DNA of 64,000 nucleotides from an uncultured Candidatus Peribacteria bacterium (GCA_964580035.1 CAZOJC010000005.1:9198-73197), one strand, 5' to 3'. Positions 32,901 to 41,375 are shown, numbered from the stretch's first letter. Translations and numbers: made by a program. Notes: generated by a model from the sequence alone, not told the origin.

Positions 32901-33250
32901 GATGAATGCTGGCTGAAGTCCGTACTCGAAAACTTAGTGACACCCTCCACGAGCAGCGCCACGTGTCTGCCGAACACCTCCTTGATGTGGGATTTCGTTA
33001 CGGTCGTATCTTCCAGTGTGTCATGCAGAAGGCTGCCGATGATCGTGTCGGCATCTCCATGCCACGAAGCGACTATGAGAGCCGTCTCAATGACGTGATT
33101 GACGTACGGCGTGCTATCCTCTCGCTTTTGCTCCTCGTGCGCGCTCAGTGCCAGATCGTACGCCTGCTGCACGCGTACCTGGTCTTCCTGAGGGAGGTGT
33201 TCAAGGGCTTCTCGTAGGCGAGAGAAGGGAAGAATGTCAGATGCAGCCAT
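29936..33250 (-). CDS. Rel/SpoT-homologue (HD hydrolase, synthetase-like, TGS, ACT) fused to a C-terminal polytopic EamA/DMT-type membrane domain; 1104 aa
   Basis: LLHDTLEDT and IKLADRLHNIRT (HD); DYIATPGTAGYRSLHTTV and EIRIRT (synthetase); TGS LPRGGTVLDAAY; ACT-like aa ~560-635; hydrophobic helices from aa ~644 onward, including an EamA-like stretch AIFVWGLEPIYIKY...FAPVIGLLIAAVFWRREIP. Confidence 0.9.
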   Translation of the reverse strand: MAASDILPFSRLREALEHLPQEDQVRVQQAYDLALSAHEEQKREDSTPYVNHVIETALIVASWHGDADTIIGSLLHDTLEDTTVTKSHIKEVFGRHVALLVEGVTKFSSTDFSQHSSLDTKIETVRRLFEVMRRDIRVIIIKLADRLHNIRTIHFLQGDRKKRFAKETMDLYYKLAVHLGMRAVYCEYSDVCVPLVYAEGAAFIKRQSERIESGASLVGEIRSSLDTHGLQTSIVDLFLQPNDVCASLKRATRTQDMVGCDAYSIIAIVRTEHDCYQLLKSLHTLFRPVHAQFRDYIATPGTAGYRSLHTTVTLKTGEAVEIRIRTMSMHEQAEKGIVTSLFGKESIDPLSQFPWLKRSEDLDLTTRESSQAFWQGLESDILQESIVVIVNDIRVSLPRGGTVLDAAYVAFGARANASVAARVAGRTVSLSHALEEDDMVYMEIDSRQEHVDAEWLKYVITSNARSHVVDVLKKRSREDKIALGASLLQTEMDRYNRGPLHEIRKSDRQKAAALFRRAHFSEVLAMIGEGSLRPRELVFAVFSDTSQGRCFSRHRPSRYTFRLCVTGVQERQHDVLSSLVEFSRTKGIDIRSTRVRFDSKTGVFSIILIGSASDRLHYADFIDALERQDAVSSVQSLVPYRDNALLVGAFCVSFAFLLADVIFLPQYQYWLPTPGIPRAIMHSLPLVPVLIANTLLLRLMQKYIVRMRTDRWFVGVGFLFNIIALLLIVLRLLSTQSDVSILPLLALFVLSLLFIGYRFFQAEALFSVIEKSRSTHISAADWKSIRRRKRVGYAIRLAAIFVWGLEPIYIKYTPANDLSPFLRTFLLGLGVLIPSLIVYGATYVRQRMKKKNVSFSLVYDRFFTLFVIGQIGVMYFKNASLIYTSGTNLLLFNNFAPVIGLLIAAVFWRREIPYLRQPRTILIIFLLAVMAGIGSSLLVFNTKYLSASSSVTGDILAMISTFFDVLVTISQIEYCKRYRSVNGFLLNIHIFLCLLICTAPGMIALTLWNPAILHGLTLRTLLFGMGIGLFVGIGQLLNYAAFKRIDGYLAYMMFNLSILITFSLEVFAVHSVKPTPLLLLSAILIVGASVYAEIVNSRCEKRGL

Positions 33251-33300
33251 ACCCTCAAGTGTAGCGTTCTCTGCGCTTCAAATATATGTAAATATCAAGA

Positions 33301-33320
33301 AAGAGGCCCGAAGGCCTCTT
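33301..33320 (-). terminator. Terminator-like hairpin in the rel 5' leader
   Basis: Perfect 8-bp stem AAGAGGCC / GGCCTCTT with a 4-nt loop. On the minus strand it is followed by TCTTGATATTT. It lies 50 nt upstream of the rel ATG (33250). Confidence 0.45.
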
Positions 33321-33391
33321 ACTCTTTATTGCTGCTTACTTGCAGCCACAACCGCCTGACATAAAGGAATTGGGGAAATAATAACAGGCAC

Positions 33392-33421
33392 ATAATAGTT
33401 TAGTACTAAACTAATTGTCAA
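33392..33421 (-). promoter_or_regulatory. Sigma70-type promoter facing rel
   Basis: The minus strand reads TTGACA (33421-33416), an 18-nt spacer, then TATTAT (33397-33392). Confidence 0.5.
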
Positions 33422-33492
33422 TAGAGTCTTGAGTGAGAAGGAACGCGATGACGATGGCAGAAACTCCCAATTCATGCTATAATTGCAATAAT

Positions 33493-34542
33493 ATGAAACA
33501 TTCTTCATCGATCTGGCAAACAGCCATCGACATGAACGCATCTGACATCCATGTGGTGACAGGGCAAGCGCCTCGGCTACGCATCAATGGTGTACTGGAT
33601 CCGATTCACAATGCAGATCCTCTCTCATTTGCAGAAGTGAAAAAACTCATGGGAGATTTTCTCTCTGAAGAAAAGTATGCATTATTCCAGAAAGAAGGGG
33701 ACACCGATTGCTCATACATGCATAACGACGGCACGCGGTTCCGCATCAACTGCCACTTAGTTACTGGGCAGCCCGCATTCGCAGCAAGACTTGTACCTCA
33801 AATTATTCCCACGCCAGAAGAAATCTTACTTCCGGGAGTGGTGATGAATCTCTGCCGAAGCCTCGATGGCCTCGTGCTCTTCACGGGCCCCACTGGAGCG
33901 GGAAAATCCACGTCTCTCGCCGCCATCCTCAATACCATCAATCACGAGCGTTCCATCAATATCCTCACGCTCGAAGATCCCATCGAGTTTATTTTCGAAT
34001 CCAAAAAAGCACTCGTGAGTCAGAGAGAATTGGGTATGGACTTTCAGACGTTCCCCCAAGGACTCAAGCATGTGCTCCGCCAGGACCCCAATATCGTGAT
34101 GGTGGGAGAAATGCGAGATCTCGAGAGCATAGGATTGGCACTCACCCTTGCCGAAACTGGGCACCTCGTGCTTGCAACACTCCACACGCCCAACGCCATG
34201 CAGACTCTGGATCGTATCATCGATGCCTTTCCTCCCCACCAGCAGACGCAAGTTCGACTTCAGCTCGCGCTCTCGCTGAGGGCCATCGTCGCCCAGCGGC
34301 TTGTACCCAAAAAAGGAGGCGGGCGCATTGCCAATCGCGAGATCCTCATCCGCACGCCGGCTGTTTCAAATATCATCCGAGAAGATCGCTTCATAGAGCT
34401 CGCTACAGTCATGCAGACGAGTCAGAATATCGGCATGCTCACATTCGAGAAAGATATCGAGCGCTTAATCGAGCTCGATCTGGTGAATGCTACAGAGGTG
34501 GAATTTCTCATGAATAGAGCAAAACCGTACGATCTCGGATGA
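33493..34542 (+). CDS. pilT: Type IV pilus retraction ATPase PilT
   Basis: ASDIHVVTGQAPRLRINGVL, Walker A GPTGAGKST, MVGEMRD and TGHLVLATLHT. Alternative upstream starts at 33433 and 33448. Confidence 0.9.
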   Translation: MKHSSSIWQTAIDMNASDIHVVTGQAPRLRINGVLDPIHNADPLSFAEVKKLMGDFLSEEKYALFQKEGDTDCSYMHNDGTRFRINCHLVTGQPAFAARLVPQIIPTPEEILLPGVVMNLCRSLDGLVLFTGPTGAGKSTSLAAILNTINHERSINILTLEDPIEFIFESKKALVSQRELGMDFQTFPQGLKHVLRQDPNIVMVGEMRDLESIGLALTLAETGHLVLATLHTPNAMQTLDRIIDAFPPHQQTQVRLQLALSLRAIVAQRLVPKKGGGRIANREILIRTPAVSNIIREDRFIELATVMQTSQNIGMLTFEKDIERLIELDLVNATEVEFLMNRAKPYDLG

Positions 34543-34593
34543 GAAGAGCGCGGAAATTCTTTTACGCTCAGTTTCTGAGATCTTCTCACATCG

Positions 34594-35598
34594 CTATGCA
34601 GGCTTTTTCAGTATTTGCTGTTCGTACACATCCAGCATCTCTGCGAGCGTAATACCCTTGGTTTTATCGGTCCACTCTGCCTTCACGTGTACTTTCCCCG
34701 ACGATCCTCTCATGAACGTGACGAACGCAGATGCGACAGAGGCGGCCTTTTCCACCACAGGTTTCTGCGCTGTGATCGGAGTGGTGAGCGAGTGAGCAGG
34801 TGTTGGTGTTGCTGCGGGTACAGCAGAAGCGGCCGCTGAGGCACCTGTCAATGCCGCAGGAGCACTAGGAGAGGAAAAATCTTTCAGCCGACTCAATTCA
34901 TACGTTGTAACACGTTCATTGAAGTAGATGCGAGATCCAGCAGCTGTGTTTGCATCTACTAACACAGCCTGAACACTCGCTGCTATCTCCTGCACCGTTT
35001 TTTGCTCTTCGATGATGGAGGCTAATCGTGTCCCAATGAACGGTAAGTCTTTCACCCAATCGCCAAAGAGAGACGTGATCCCACTCATGAAAACATGTTT
35101 AACCGAAATGCCCTTCATGCCATTAAAGAGCCCCAGAACCGTTTCCTTCACAGCGTTATAGCCACTAGTGATCATTTTTTTTGCATCCTTTGAAGGAGTA
35201 AGGCTCTCTATCGTAGCTTTAAAAAAGCCATCAACACTGTTTGCGATTCTCTTAAAGAATGACGGACGGATTTCGATGCCAAGCTCTTTGAGAGCCTTGA
35301 GCCTACCCTCCAGTGCTTCGAGGTGTGTATCGATTTCAGATGAGGAATTTTCATTGAGTGTAGTGTGAAGTTCATTGAGCATAATCTGCGCTTTCAAGAC
35401 TACATTTTGTTTCAGAATATTCTTCCTTTCAATATCTGCTGGGACTGCATTTGGTAGTTTGCTTATTTGATCAGCAAGCGTATTGAGCTGGTCGAGAGTG
35501 GTTGCAGCGTTAATCCGTTCTACACTGACCTCTGCCGATGTTTTTGGGTTCTCTTGATAAGGTGGAGTCATAGTACGATCAAGAAGTAACTTACTCAA
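34594..35598 (-). CDS. Hypothetical 334-aa protein (helical N-terminal part, A/P/S/T-rich linker, small C-terminal domain)
   Basis: Intact ORF overlapping the upstream gene by 8 nt. Linker SSPSAPAALTGASAAASAVPAATPTPAH. No family recognised. Confidence 0.6.
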   Translation of the reverse strand: MSKLLLDRTMTPPYQENPKTSAEVSVERINAATTLDQLNTLADQISKLPNAVPADIERKNILKQNVVLKAQIMLNELHTTLNENSSSEIDTHLEALEGRLKALKELGIEIRPSFFKRIANSVDGFFKATIESLTPSKDAKKMITSGYNAVKETVLGLFNGMKGISVKHVFMSGITSLFGDWVKDLPFIGTRLASIIEEQKTVQEIAASVQAVLVDANTAAGSRIYFNERVTTYELSRLKDFSSPSAPAALTGASAAASAVPAATPTPAHSLTTPITAQKPVVEKAASVASAFVTFMRGSSGKVHVKAEWTDKTKGITLAEMLDVYEQQILKKPA

Positions 35599-36748
35599 AG
35601 GTCAATTCTGCACCATTTACTGTCACTTTTTTTTCACTGGCATCAGTATTTTGCAATTGTTCAATAATGCTCTTGAATTCAAAGTGTGTGGTGGCACCGC
35701 CCATGATGTCCTCTAACTCCAAGATTTTTTTACCTTGAATATCTGTTTTGATGTAGGCAAAGGGCCTCGGAGAATCTGCATTATTGATTTTTAGTATGAT
35801 CTTGTACTTATTATTGTTGTACTCAATCTCCAGTTGCTCATCATCAGTATCATAATTCAAATACCGCAGCTTCACTTTCTCTTGATTATTATCTTTCTTT
35901 ACCTCTACTTCCACCTCTTTGCCTGTTATTTCCTCTCTTTTCTCTTTCGGTGCCTCAGCAGGAGCTGAGGAGAGAGCCGCCACTGCAATGGCGATAGTGG
36001 GGCAGGGCGTGGTGAATGTCGATTTGACAGGAGACCTTGCTTTTTCCGCTAGCCACTCATGATAGCGCGTTTCCCATTCTTTTCGAACTGCTTCTACGCC
36101 TCCTGCACGCTTCTCAATTTCCGTGCGCTTGTTTTCAGGGAGGCCATGCCACTGAGCTACCCATTGAACGTCGGCGGCAATCTCTGGCGAGAGAGCTTCC
36201 GCAACATTCGCGATCTGCTTCATGAGGAATGCTTTCGATAACCTCAGGAACGCCGATAGGAGCTCTGGTTTTACTATGACTTTCCCATCCTTGTCTTTTA
36301 TGTCAGTAAGGTTGTTATCTGCAATAATTCTATCAATCCAGTCGCTCATCGTCTTCCATACCTGTTCTCCAGCGGAGAGCTTCTTCGGTAGAGGATCGCC
36401 AAGTGTTGTTGCAAGTTCTGCTGCTTCTTTTCTCAAGTTCTCATCTGATATTGCATTATTGAGGATCGCTGAAACGCTTTCTTTAAGCGCCGGATTTTCC
36501 TTAATTTCTGCTAAAATTTCAGTTTCCACGTCCTCTGGAATATCCCCATTAGGGTATTGCTTGTACAGCGTTGCAAGATTAAATAGAAATGACTGCACTG
36601 CAGCGGTAGTTTCAGCATTCGCCTCCACTTGATTTTTCAGATCTACTAAAGCGCTTTTCGTTTTATTGATGGCTGCAGTTTGCTCTTTCATTTTCTCATT
36701 GCGATCGAGTATAGTTTCAGTGTTTTTTTGCGGATGAGATGCACTCAT
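35591..36748 (-). CDS. Hypothetical 385-aa protein (helical N-terminal part, A/P linker, AT-rich beta-looking C-terminal domain)
   Basis: Intact ORF with a 4-nt overlap (36745-36748) with the upstream small ORF. No family recognised. Confidence 0.6.
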   Translation of the reverse strand: MSASHPQKNTETILDRNEKMKEQTAAINKTKSALVDLKNQVEANAETTAAVQSFLFNLATLYKQYPNGDIPEDVETEILAEIKENPALKESVSAILNNAISDENLRKEAAELATTLGDPLPKKLSAGEQVWKTMSDWIDRIIADNNLTDIKDKDGKVIVKPELLSAFLRLSKAFLMKQIANVAEALSPEIAADVQWVAQWHGLPENKRTEIEKRAGGVEAVRKEWETRYHEWLAEKARSPVKSTFTTPCPTIAIAVAALSSAPAEAPKEKREEITGKEVEVEVKKDNNQEKVKLRYLNYDTDDEQLEIEYNNNKYKIILKINNADSPRPFAYIKTDIQGKKILELEDIMGGATTHFEFKSIIEQLQNTDASEKKVTVNGAELTFE

Positions 36749-36987
36749 TGTCGCGTGGGGGAAAGATGTTTCTCAAGGACAGCATTCGTGCGCTTGAGGA
36801 GGGTGAGAAATGTCTGTGGATTTCGTTGCCATGCGATGTCTTTTGCTTGCGAGAGAATGCGCGTGAGCTTCTCACACTGCTCTGGACTCATTCGAGGGAG
36901 ATGCTCTCGCCAGTATTCGCGCTCGGCCTGCGAGAGGAGCGGGCTTGCATTGACGAGCGAAAGAAGGTCTGTTTGTGTGGTGGTCAT
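36745..36987 (-). CDS. Small (80-aa) helical hypothetical protein
   Basis: SPLLSQAEREYWREHLPRMSPEQCEKLTRIL shares a motif with ORF 24946-25266. First gene of the three-gene operon. Confidence 0.55.
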   Translation of the reverse strand: MTTTQTDLLSLVNASPLLSQAEREYWREHLPRMSPEQCEKLTRILSQAKDIAWQRNPQTFLTLLKRTNAVLEKHLSPTRQ

Positions 36988-37076
36988 ATTTTTTGGCTTT
37001 TCATGTCATTGTAGCGTATTTTTGCTCTGAGCGAAAGGCTTTGTTACACTCTACTTCACATTCTCCCTCCCCCCCC

Positions 37077-37397
37077 ATGCACGTCGAACATTTTGAGAAG
37101 GGCGTCCGGTACAACGATGCGGAACTTATTCTCCTCGCCAGAAAAATCGGCAGACTGGCCACGTACTGCCGTCGATTGAAAGATGCCGGATCCTCCATTC
37201 GGGTGGAATCGGAACGCAGCGACAGCAAGAAAGACGCTGATCGTGTATCTGTTCAGGTGACCATTCACCTCCCTAAGAAAGTGCTCCGAGCTGAATCACT
37301 GAAAGTGAATGCCCTCCTGGCACTTGATCGCTGCATCGAGAAACTCGAACCGCAGATCAAGCGTTACAAAGAGACGCACTGCATGAAGAAGCGATAA
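37077..37397 (+). CDS. hpf: Ribosome hibernation-promoting factor / S30EA family protein
   Basis: Start at MHVEHFEKGV. VQVTIHLPKKVLRAES...ALLALDRCIEKLEPQIKRYKE resembles the HPF/RaiA C-terminal pattern. Confidence 0.55.
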   Translation: MHVEHFEKGVRYNDAELILLARKIGRLATYCRRLKDAGSSIRVESERSDSKKDADRVSVQVTIHLPKKVLRAESLKVNALLALDRCIEKLEPQIKRYKETHCMKKR

Positions 37398-37430
37398 CTC
37401 TACGCGAGCCTACACGCCGAAGTGAACACG

Positions 37431-38114
37431 TTACTTCTTCTCTTTTCCAGCATCCTTTTTCTCTGCTGCGGGTGCGGCAGACTCTGAAGGAGCTGCAGCG
37501 GTTCCTCCCTCTGCGGCTGCTACAGGAGCGGCCTCGGAGGCGGCAGGGGTGATCACTTCTTCTTTCCTCGGCTCTTGGACAGTGACGAGAACCGTGTCTG
37601 GCGCATTGACGATGACGACCCCCGGAGGAACAGTGAGCTTTGAGACGGTGATGGAGTCGCGGAAGTTTTCGAGGGTACTGATATCAAGAGTGAGATCGCG
37701 CGGGAGATCTTTGGGGAGACACTGCACGGAAACAGTGTGGTGCACCGTGACGAGAATGGCGCCAAGCCCCTTCACTGCAGGAGATTCACCCGTGAGCAGG
37801 AGCGGGACGTTAGCAGTCACTTTCTTGGACATGTTCACTGCATAGAAATCAATGTGTTCGAAATCTCCCGTTACCGGTTCAAATGATACCGCGTGAATGA
37901 GGCAGGGGATCTTTTTGCCGTCCAATTGCACTTCCACCAAGGTGTTTTCTCCTGCTTTTTTGAACACCGGACGCAAATCCTTGAGAGAGCACTGAATGCT
38001 GGTGCTCGGCACATCGTTGCCGTACATCACGCCGGGAACGGCTCCGGTCTTGCGGAGATTCTTGGCGCTTACAGATGTGTTCCGAGGGGAAACGGCGAGG
38101 GAAATCGGCTCCAT
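37431..38114 (-). CDS. rplY: 50S ribosomal protein L25/Ctc
   Basis: RKTGAVPGVMYG, HAVSFEPVTGDFEHIDFYAV and an acidic/Ala-rich C-terminal tail. Confidence 0.9.
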   Translation of the reverse strand: MEPISLAVSPRNTSVSAKNLRKTGAVPGVMYGNDVPSTSIQCSLKDLRPVFKKAGENTLVEVQLDGKKIPCLIHAVSFEPVTGDFEHIDFYAVNMSKKVTANVPLLLTGESPAVKGLGAILVTVHHTVSVQCLPKDLPRDLTLDISTLENFRDSITVSKLTVPPGVVIVNAPDTVLVTVQEPRKEEVITPAASEAAPVAAAEGGTAAAPSESAAPAAEKKDAGKEKK

Positions 38115-38126
38115 AGTTGCGCTACT

Positions 38127-38945
38127 CTAGGCAGTTTGATCGGCTTGGTCAAGGCCAAAGCCCCATTTTCGAAAGTATCGCCATGCACTCATGAGGTGGA
38201 TGCGCATCGTCTTCTTCCACAGGGGCGAGAGTATGCCTCCCTCGCTCAGTCGCCTCTCCCTATCCTTCACGCGCACCGTCGGATCGTAGAGCACTCCGTA
38301 TCCCAGCTTTTTTGCTCGACGACAGAAATCAATGTCCTCAAAAAAGAGGAAGAATCGTTCGTCAAATCCCCCAAGCTCACGAAATACTGTCGCGCGTATG
38401 AGCAAGCACGCACCCACAAGCCAATCAACAGGAACCGGAGCCGTGTTTTTCTCTGTCATATCTCGCGCGTACGTACGATGCCACTGTTCCGGAAAGAGTC
38501 GTTTGTGAAAGAGATCACGCATGACAGGAAATGTCCTTGCAGACGGACGAAGCGTGCCATCCGGATACACGAGCGCAGGCCCGACGATGCCGATGTCTGG
38601 CCGCTGTTGCGCGGTTCTGAGGAGTCGTTCAGCCGCATCGGGAGGAAGTACATTATCAGGATTTACGATGAGCAAACACTCACCTCTTGCGATGGAGGCT
38701 GCAAGATTGTTGCCACGACCGTAGCCGATGTTCTCCCTCGTTTCGAGAATTGTAACACTCGGCAACGAGCCAAACCGAGCACGAACCCAACCGACAGATT
38801 CATCGCACGAGTGATTGTCTACAATGATGATTTCCATTTCTTGCGCGAGAGTCTGCGTGAGGAGCGCCTCCACGCACTTCACGGTATCAGCCGGAGACCG
38901 GTAGTTGAGCACGAGGGCGGAGATGGTCGGCGGCATGACTCTCAC
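38127..38945 (-). CDS. Family 2 glycosyltransferase
   Basis: ISALVLNYRSPADTVKCVEALLTQT, IIIVDNHSCDES, ENIGYGRGNN and FFLFFEDIDFCRRA. Confidence 0.85.
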   Translation of the reverse strand: MRVMPPTISALVLNYRSPADTVKCVEALLTQTLAQEMEIIIVDNHSCDESVGWVRARFGSLPSVTILETRENIGYGRGNNLAASIARGECLLIVNPDNVLPPDAAERLLRTAQQRPDIGIVGPALVYPDGTLRPSARTFPVMRDLFHKRLFPEQWHRTYARDMTEKNTAPVPVDWLVGACLLIRATVFRELGGFDERFFLFFEDIDFCRRAKKLGYGVLYDPTVRVKDRERRLSEGGILSPLWKKTMRIHLMSAWRYFRKWGFGLDQADQTA

Positions 38946-38997
38946 TATACCGTACTCACTTCCTCTTCCTTCATCCTCTATACTCTGCCGTGCAGAT

Positions 38998-41310
38998 ATG
39001 AAGCAGCATCACGCAGACGAACGGCTCACCATCATCCGTCGCAGGATTGCGGATGCCCCCACATCTCCGGGTGTGTACCGATGGCTCGATAGTGAGGGAA
39101 ATGTGCTCTACATCGGCAAAGCAAAAAATGTGAGAAACAGGCTCAAGAGTTATGTCAGCGAGGGCTCCAAGCGCTCAGCGTGGACCGAGATAATGGTCAG
39201 ACAGATCGCAGACTTTAGTACGATAGTCGTGAAGAGCGAGCTTGAGGCCCTCATGCTCGAGGCAAATCTCATTAAAGAGTACAAGCCCAAGTACAACATC
39301 ATGCTCAAAGATGACAAAGGGTATTCCTACGTTCGCATGTCTCTCTCTGAACCGTTTCCGCGGGTGGAGCTCGTACGGAGGATGCAGGATGACGATGCCA
39401 AATATTTTGGCCCTTTTCTCAGCTCAAGAGATGTGAGAAAAACACTCGACATGCTCGATGACATTCTTCACTACCGAGCGTGCGAACCTTCGATTGCAGC
39501 CTGCAATGCCCGCAAACAGCAGAGCTCTTCACAGTCTTCTCCTTGCCTGGATTACCAAATAGGGAAGTGCTGCGGACTCTGCATTGGCGAGATTTCACAA
39601 GAAGAATACTTGAGAAGAATTCGCGAAGTAGAACGTTTTTTTCGTGGGAATCTCTCACACGTGGAGAACATTGCAGATGAGCACATGCGAGCCGCAGCGG
39701 CAGACAAAAAATTTGAGAAGGCAGCCCGCATGCGAGATGTGCTCAGGTTTATCGCTCAACTTAAAGAGAAGCAGATCGTATCCGATACGTCAGGAGAAGA
39801 TGCCGACATTGTGGCAGTGGCTATCAGACAGGGAAAAACACAGGTGGTACTCCTTAAATTACGTGATGGAAGAGTGATCGAACAGCTCGGTTTTCCTCTT
39901 CTCGGATGTGCAGAGAGCGCCTCAGAAGCGCTCGGACAATTTTTGCCGCAATATTACTCTCACACCCAAGATATCCCCCCCACACTGTTTTTAAGCGACA
40001 GGCCAGATGCACTCGTTGCGCTTGAACAGTGGCTCAGAGAGCGGCGTGGCGCAGGAGTAAAGGTGTGCGTGCCGGAACGTGGGCGCAAATCGAAATTACT
40101 TGAGATGGCGGAGCGAAATGCCAATGAACAAGTCACGCAGCAATTCGCCGCGTGGGAGGCGGAAACGAAGCGCGTGCAGTCCGCTCTCTCTGAGCTCGCT
40201 TCACTCTTGTCTCTTCCGGGAAATCCCAGAAGAATCGAGGCCTACGACATCTCGCACATGAGTGGCAGCGAAACTGTAGGGAGCATGGTTGTCTTCGAGA
40301 ACGGAAAGCCAAAAAGAGATCACTATCGTTCGTTCAATATGAAGACTGTCACTCACGGGAAGATCGATGATTACGCATCACTTCGAGAGACCCTTCGTCG
40401 CCGTCTCAAGTATCTTACCTATCAGCCGTCTGCGGAAGAGGAAGCGTGGCAGAAGCGTGGAATCACTTTTGCACGGGGCAGAAAAGCAGATGCCGAATTT
40501 CTCTCGAGAGCTTTTTCTCACATTCATGCAGATTCAGTGTCGTTTGTTCCTCGAGACAGCCTCCTCGCTCACCACGAACGAGAAACGATTGCCTGTGCCC
40601 TTCTTCTCACGCACACAACTGGCCTGCGCGAGCTTGCGCAGCCTTGGCTTTCTGAATCGTATCAAGAGGGTCTCTGTATGCCGTACATGATTCGTACACT
40701 CCTCAAGAGTATCAAGAAAGGAAAAGTGTACACAGTGGTGAATGCTGAGCAGGAAATTGCGTTCGCCGATCTCGGCTTCCGATATGTGCGGCAGCCGCCG
40801 CCGGCGCTGACCTCTCGTCTCGAAGAGAATGCTTCTCACATCGTGATGTCTTTCGATGTGAGAGAGAATCGAGCCGATGCGTCGTTCTCCGAAGCACCTG
40901 ATCTCATCCTCATCGACGGAGGTAAAGGCCAGTTGCAGCAGGGCATTGACGTACTCTCGCAGTTGCACCTGTCTATTCCGGTCGCCTCTCTCGCCAAGCG
41001 CCTCGAAGAAGTGTTTGTGCCGAGTCAGGATACGGCAATACCCATGCCCAAGGATTCTCCAGCACAGTTTCTCCTCCAGCATCTGCGAGACGAAGCACAT
41101 CGTTTCGCCAATGACCGCCGCAAGCGCCGAGCAGGCAAAGCTCTCATTCATTCCGCTCTAGACGAAGTGCCCGGCCTCGGCACAGAGACGAAGAAAGCTC
41201 TTCTCCAAGCGTTTCAATCCGTCGATGGCATACGGCAAGCCAGTGACGATGCGCTCTTACAGATAGTAGATCAATCTCAATTAATGGCTCTCAGAGAGGC
41301 TCTCTCGTGA
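38998..41310 (+). CDS. uvrC: Excinuclease ABC subunit C with a ~160-aa internal insertion
   Basis: GIY-YIG motif GVYRWLDSEGNVLYIGKAKNVRNRLKSY; UVR motif; IEAYDISHMSG; PDLILIDGGKGQL; C-terminal HhH. Start chosen at MKQHHADERL. Confidence 0.9.
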   Translation: MKQHHADERLTIIRRRIADAPTSPGVYRWLDSEGNVLYIGKAKNVRNRLKSYVSEGSKRSAWTEIMVRQIADFSTIVVKSELEALMLEANLIKEYKPKYNIMLKDDKGYSYVRMSLSEPFPRVELVRRMQDDDAKYFGPFLSSRDVRKTLDMLDDILHYRACEPSIAACNARKQQSSSQSSPCLDYQIGKCCGLCIGEISQEEYLRRIREVERFFRGNLSHVENIADEHMRAAAADKKFEKAARMRDVLRFIAQLKEKQIVSDTSGEDADIVAVAIRQGKTQVVLLKLRDGRVIEQLGFPLLGCAESASEALGQFLPQYYSHTQDIPPTLFLSDRPDALVALEQWLRERRGAGVKVCVPERGRKSKLLEMAERNANEQVTQQFAAWEAETKRVQSALSELASLLSLPGNPRRIEAYDISHMSGSETVGSMVVFENGKPKRDHYRSFNMKTVTHGKIDDYASLRETLRRRLKYLTYQPSAEEEAWQKRGITFARGRKADAEFLSRAFSHIHADSVSFVPRDSLLAHHERETIACALLLTHTTGLRELAQPWLSESYQEGLCMPYMIRTLLKSIKKGKVYTVVNAEQEIAFADLGFRYVRQPPPALTSRLEENASHIVMSFDVRENRADASFSEAPDLILIDGGKGQLQQGIDVLSQLHLSIPVASLAKRLEEVFVPSQDTAIPMPKDSPAQFLLQHLRDEAHRFANDRRKRRAGKALIHSALDEVPGLGTETKKALLQAFQSVDGIRQASDDALLQIVDQSQLMALREALS

Positions 41311-41375
41311 TGCAATGCTTGAATTATTGACAGAAGTTTTTTTTGAAGTAATTTGCGGTTCTCTTACAGAGAACT

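Noticed and set aside
33326-33541. 71-aa minus-strand ORF in the rel/pilT intergenic region
   Set aside because: It overlaps the pilT start, and its 5' part lies upstream of the predicted promoter. Only its last ~20 codons fall in the putative leader, and these are discussed there as a possible leader peptide.
37893-39092. 399-aa plus-strand ORF
   Set aside because: It lies entirely antisense to the well-supported rplY and GT2 genes. It is Arg/His/Cys-rich with no motifs. It is a typical shadow ORF in GC-rich coding DNA.
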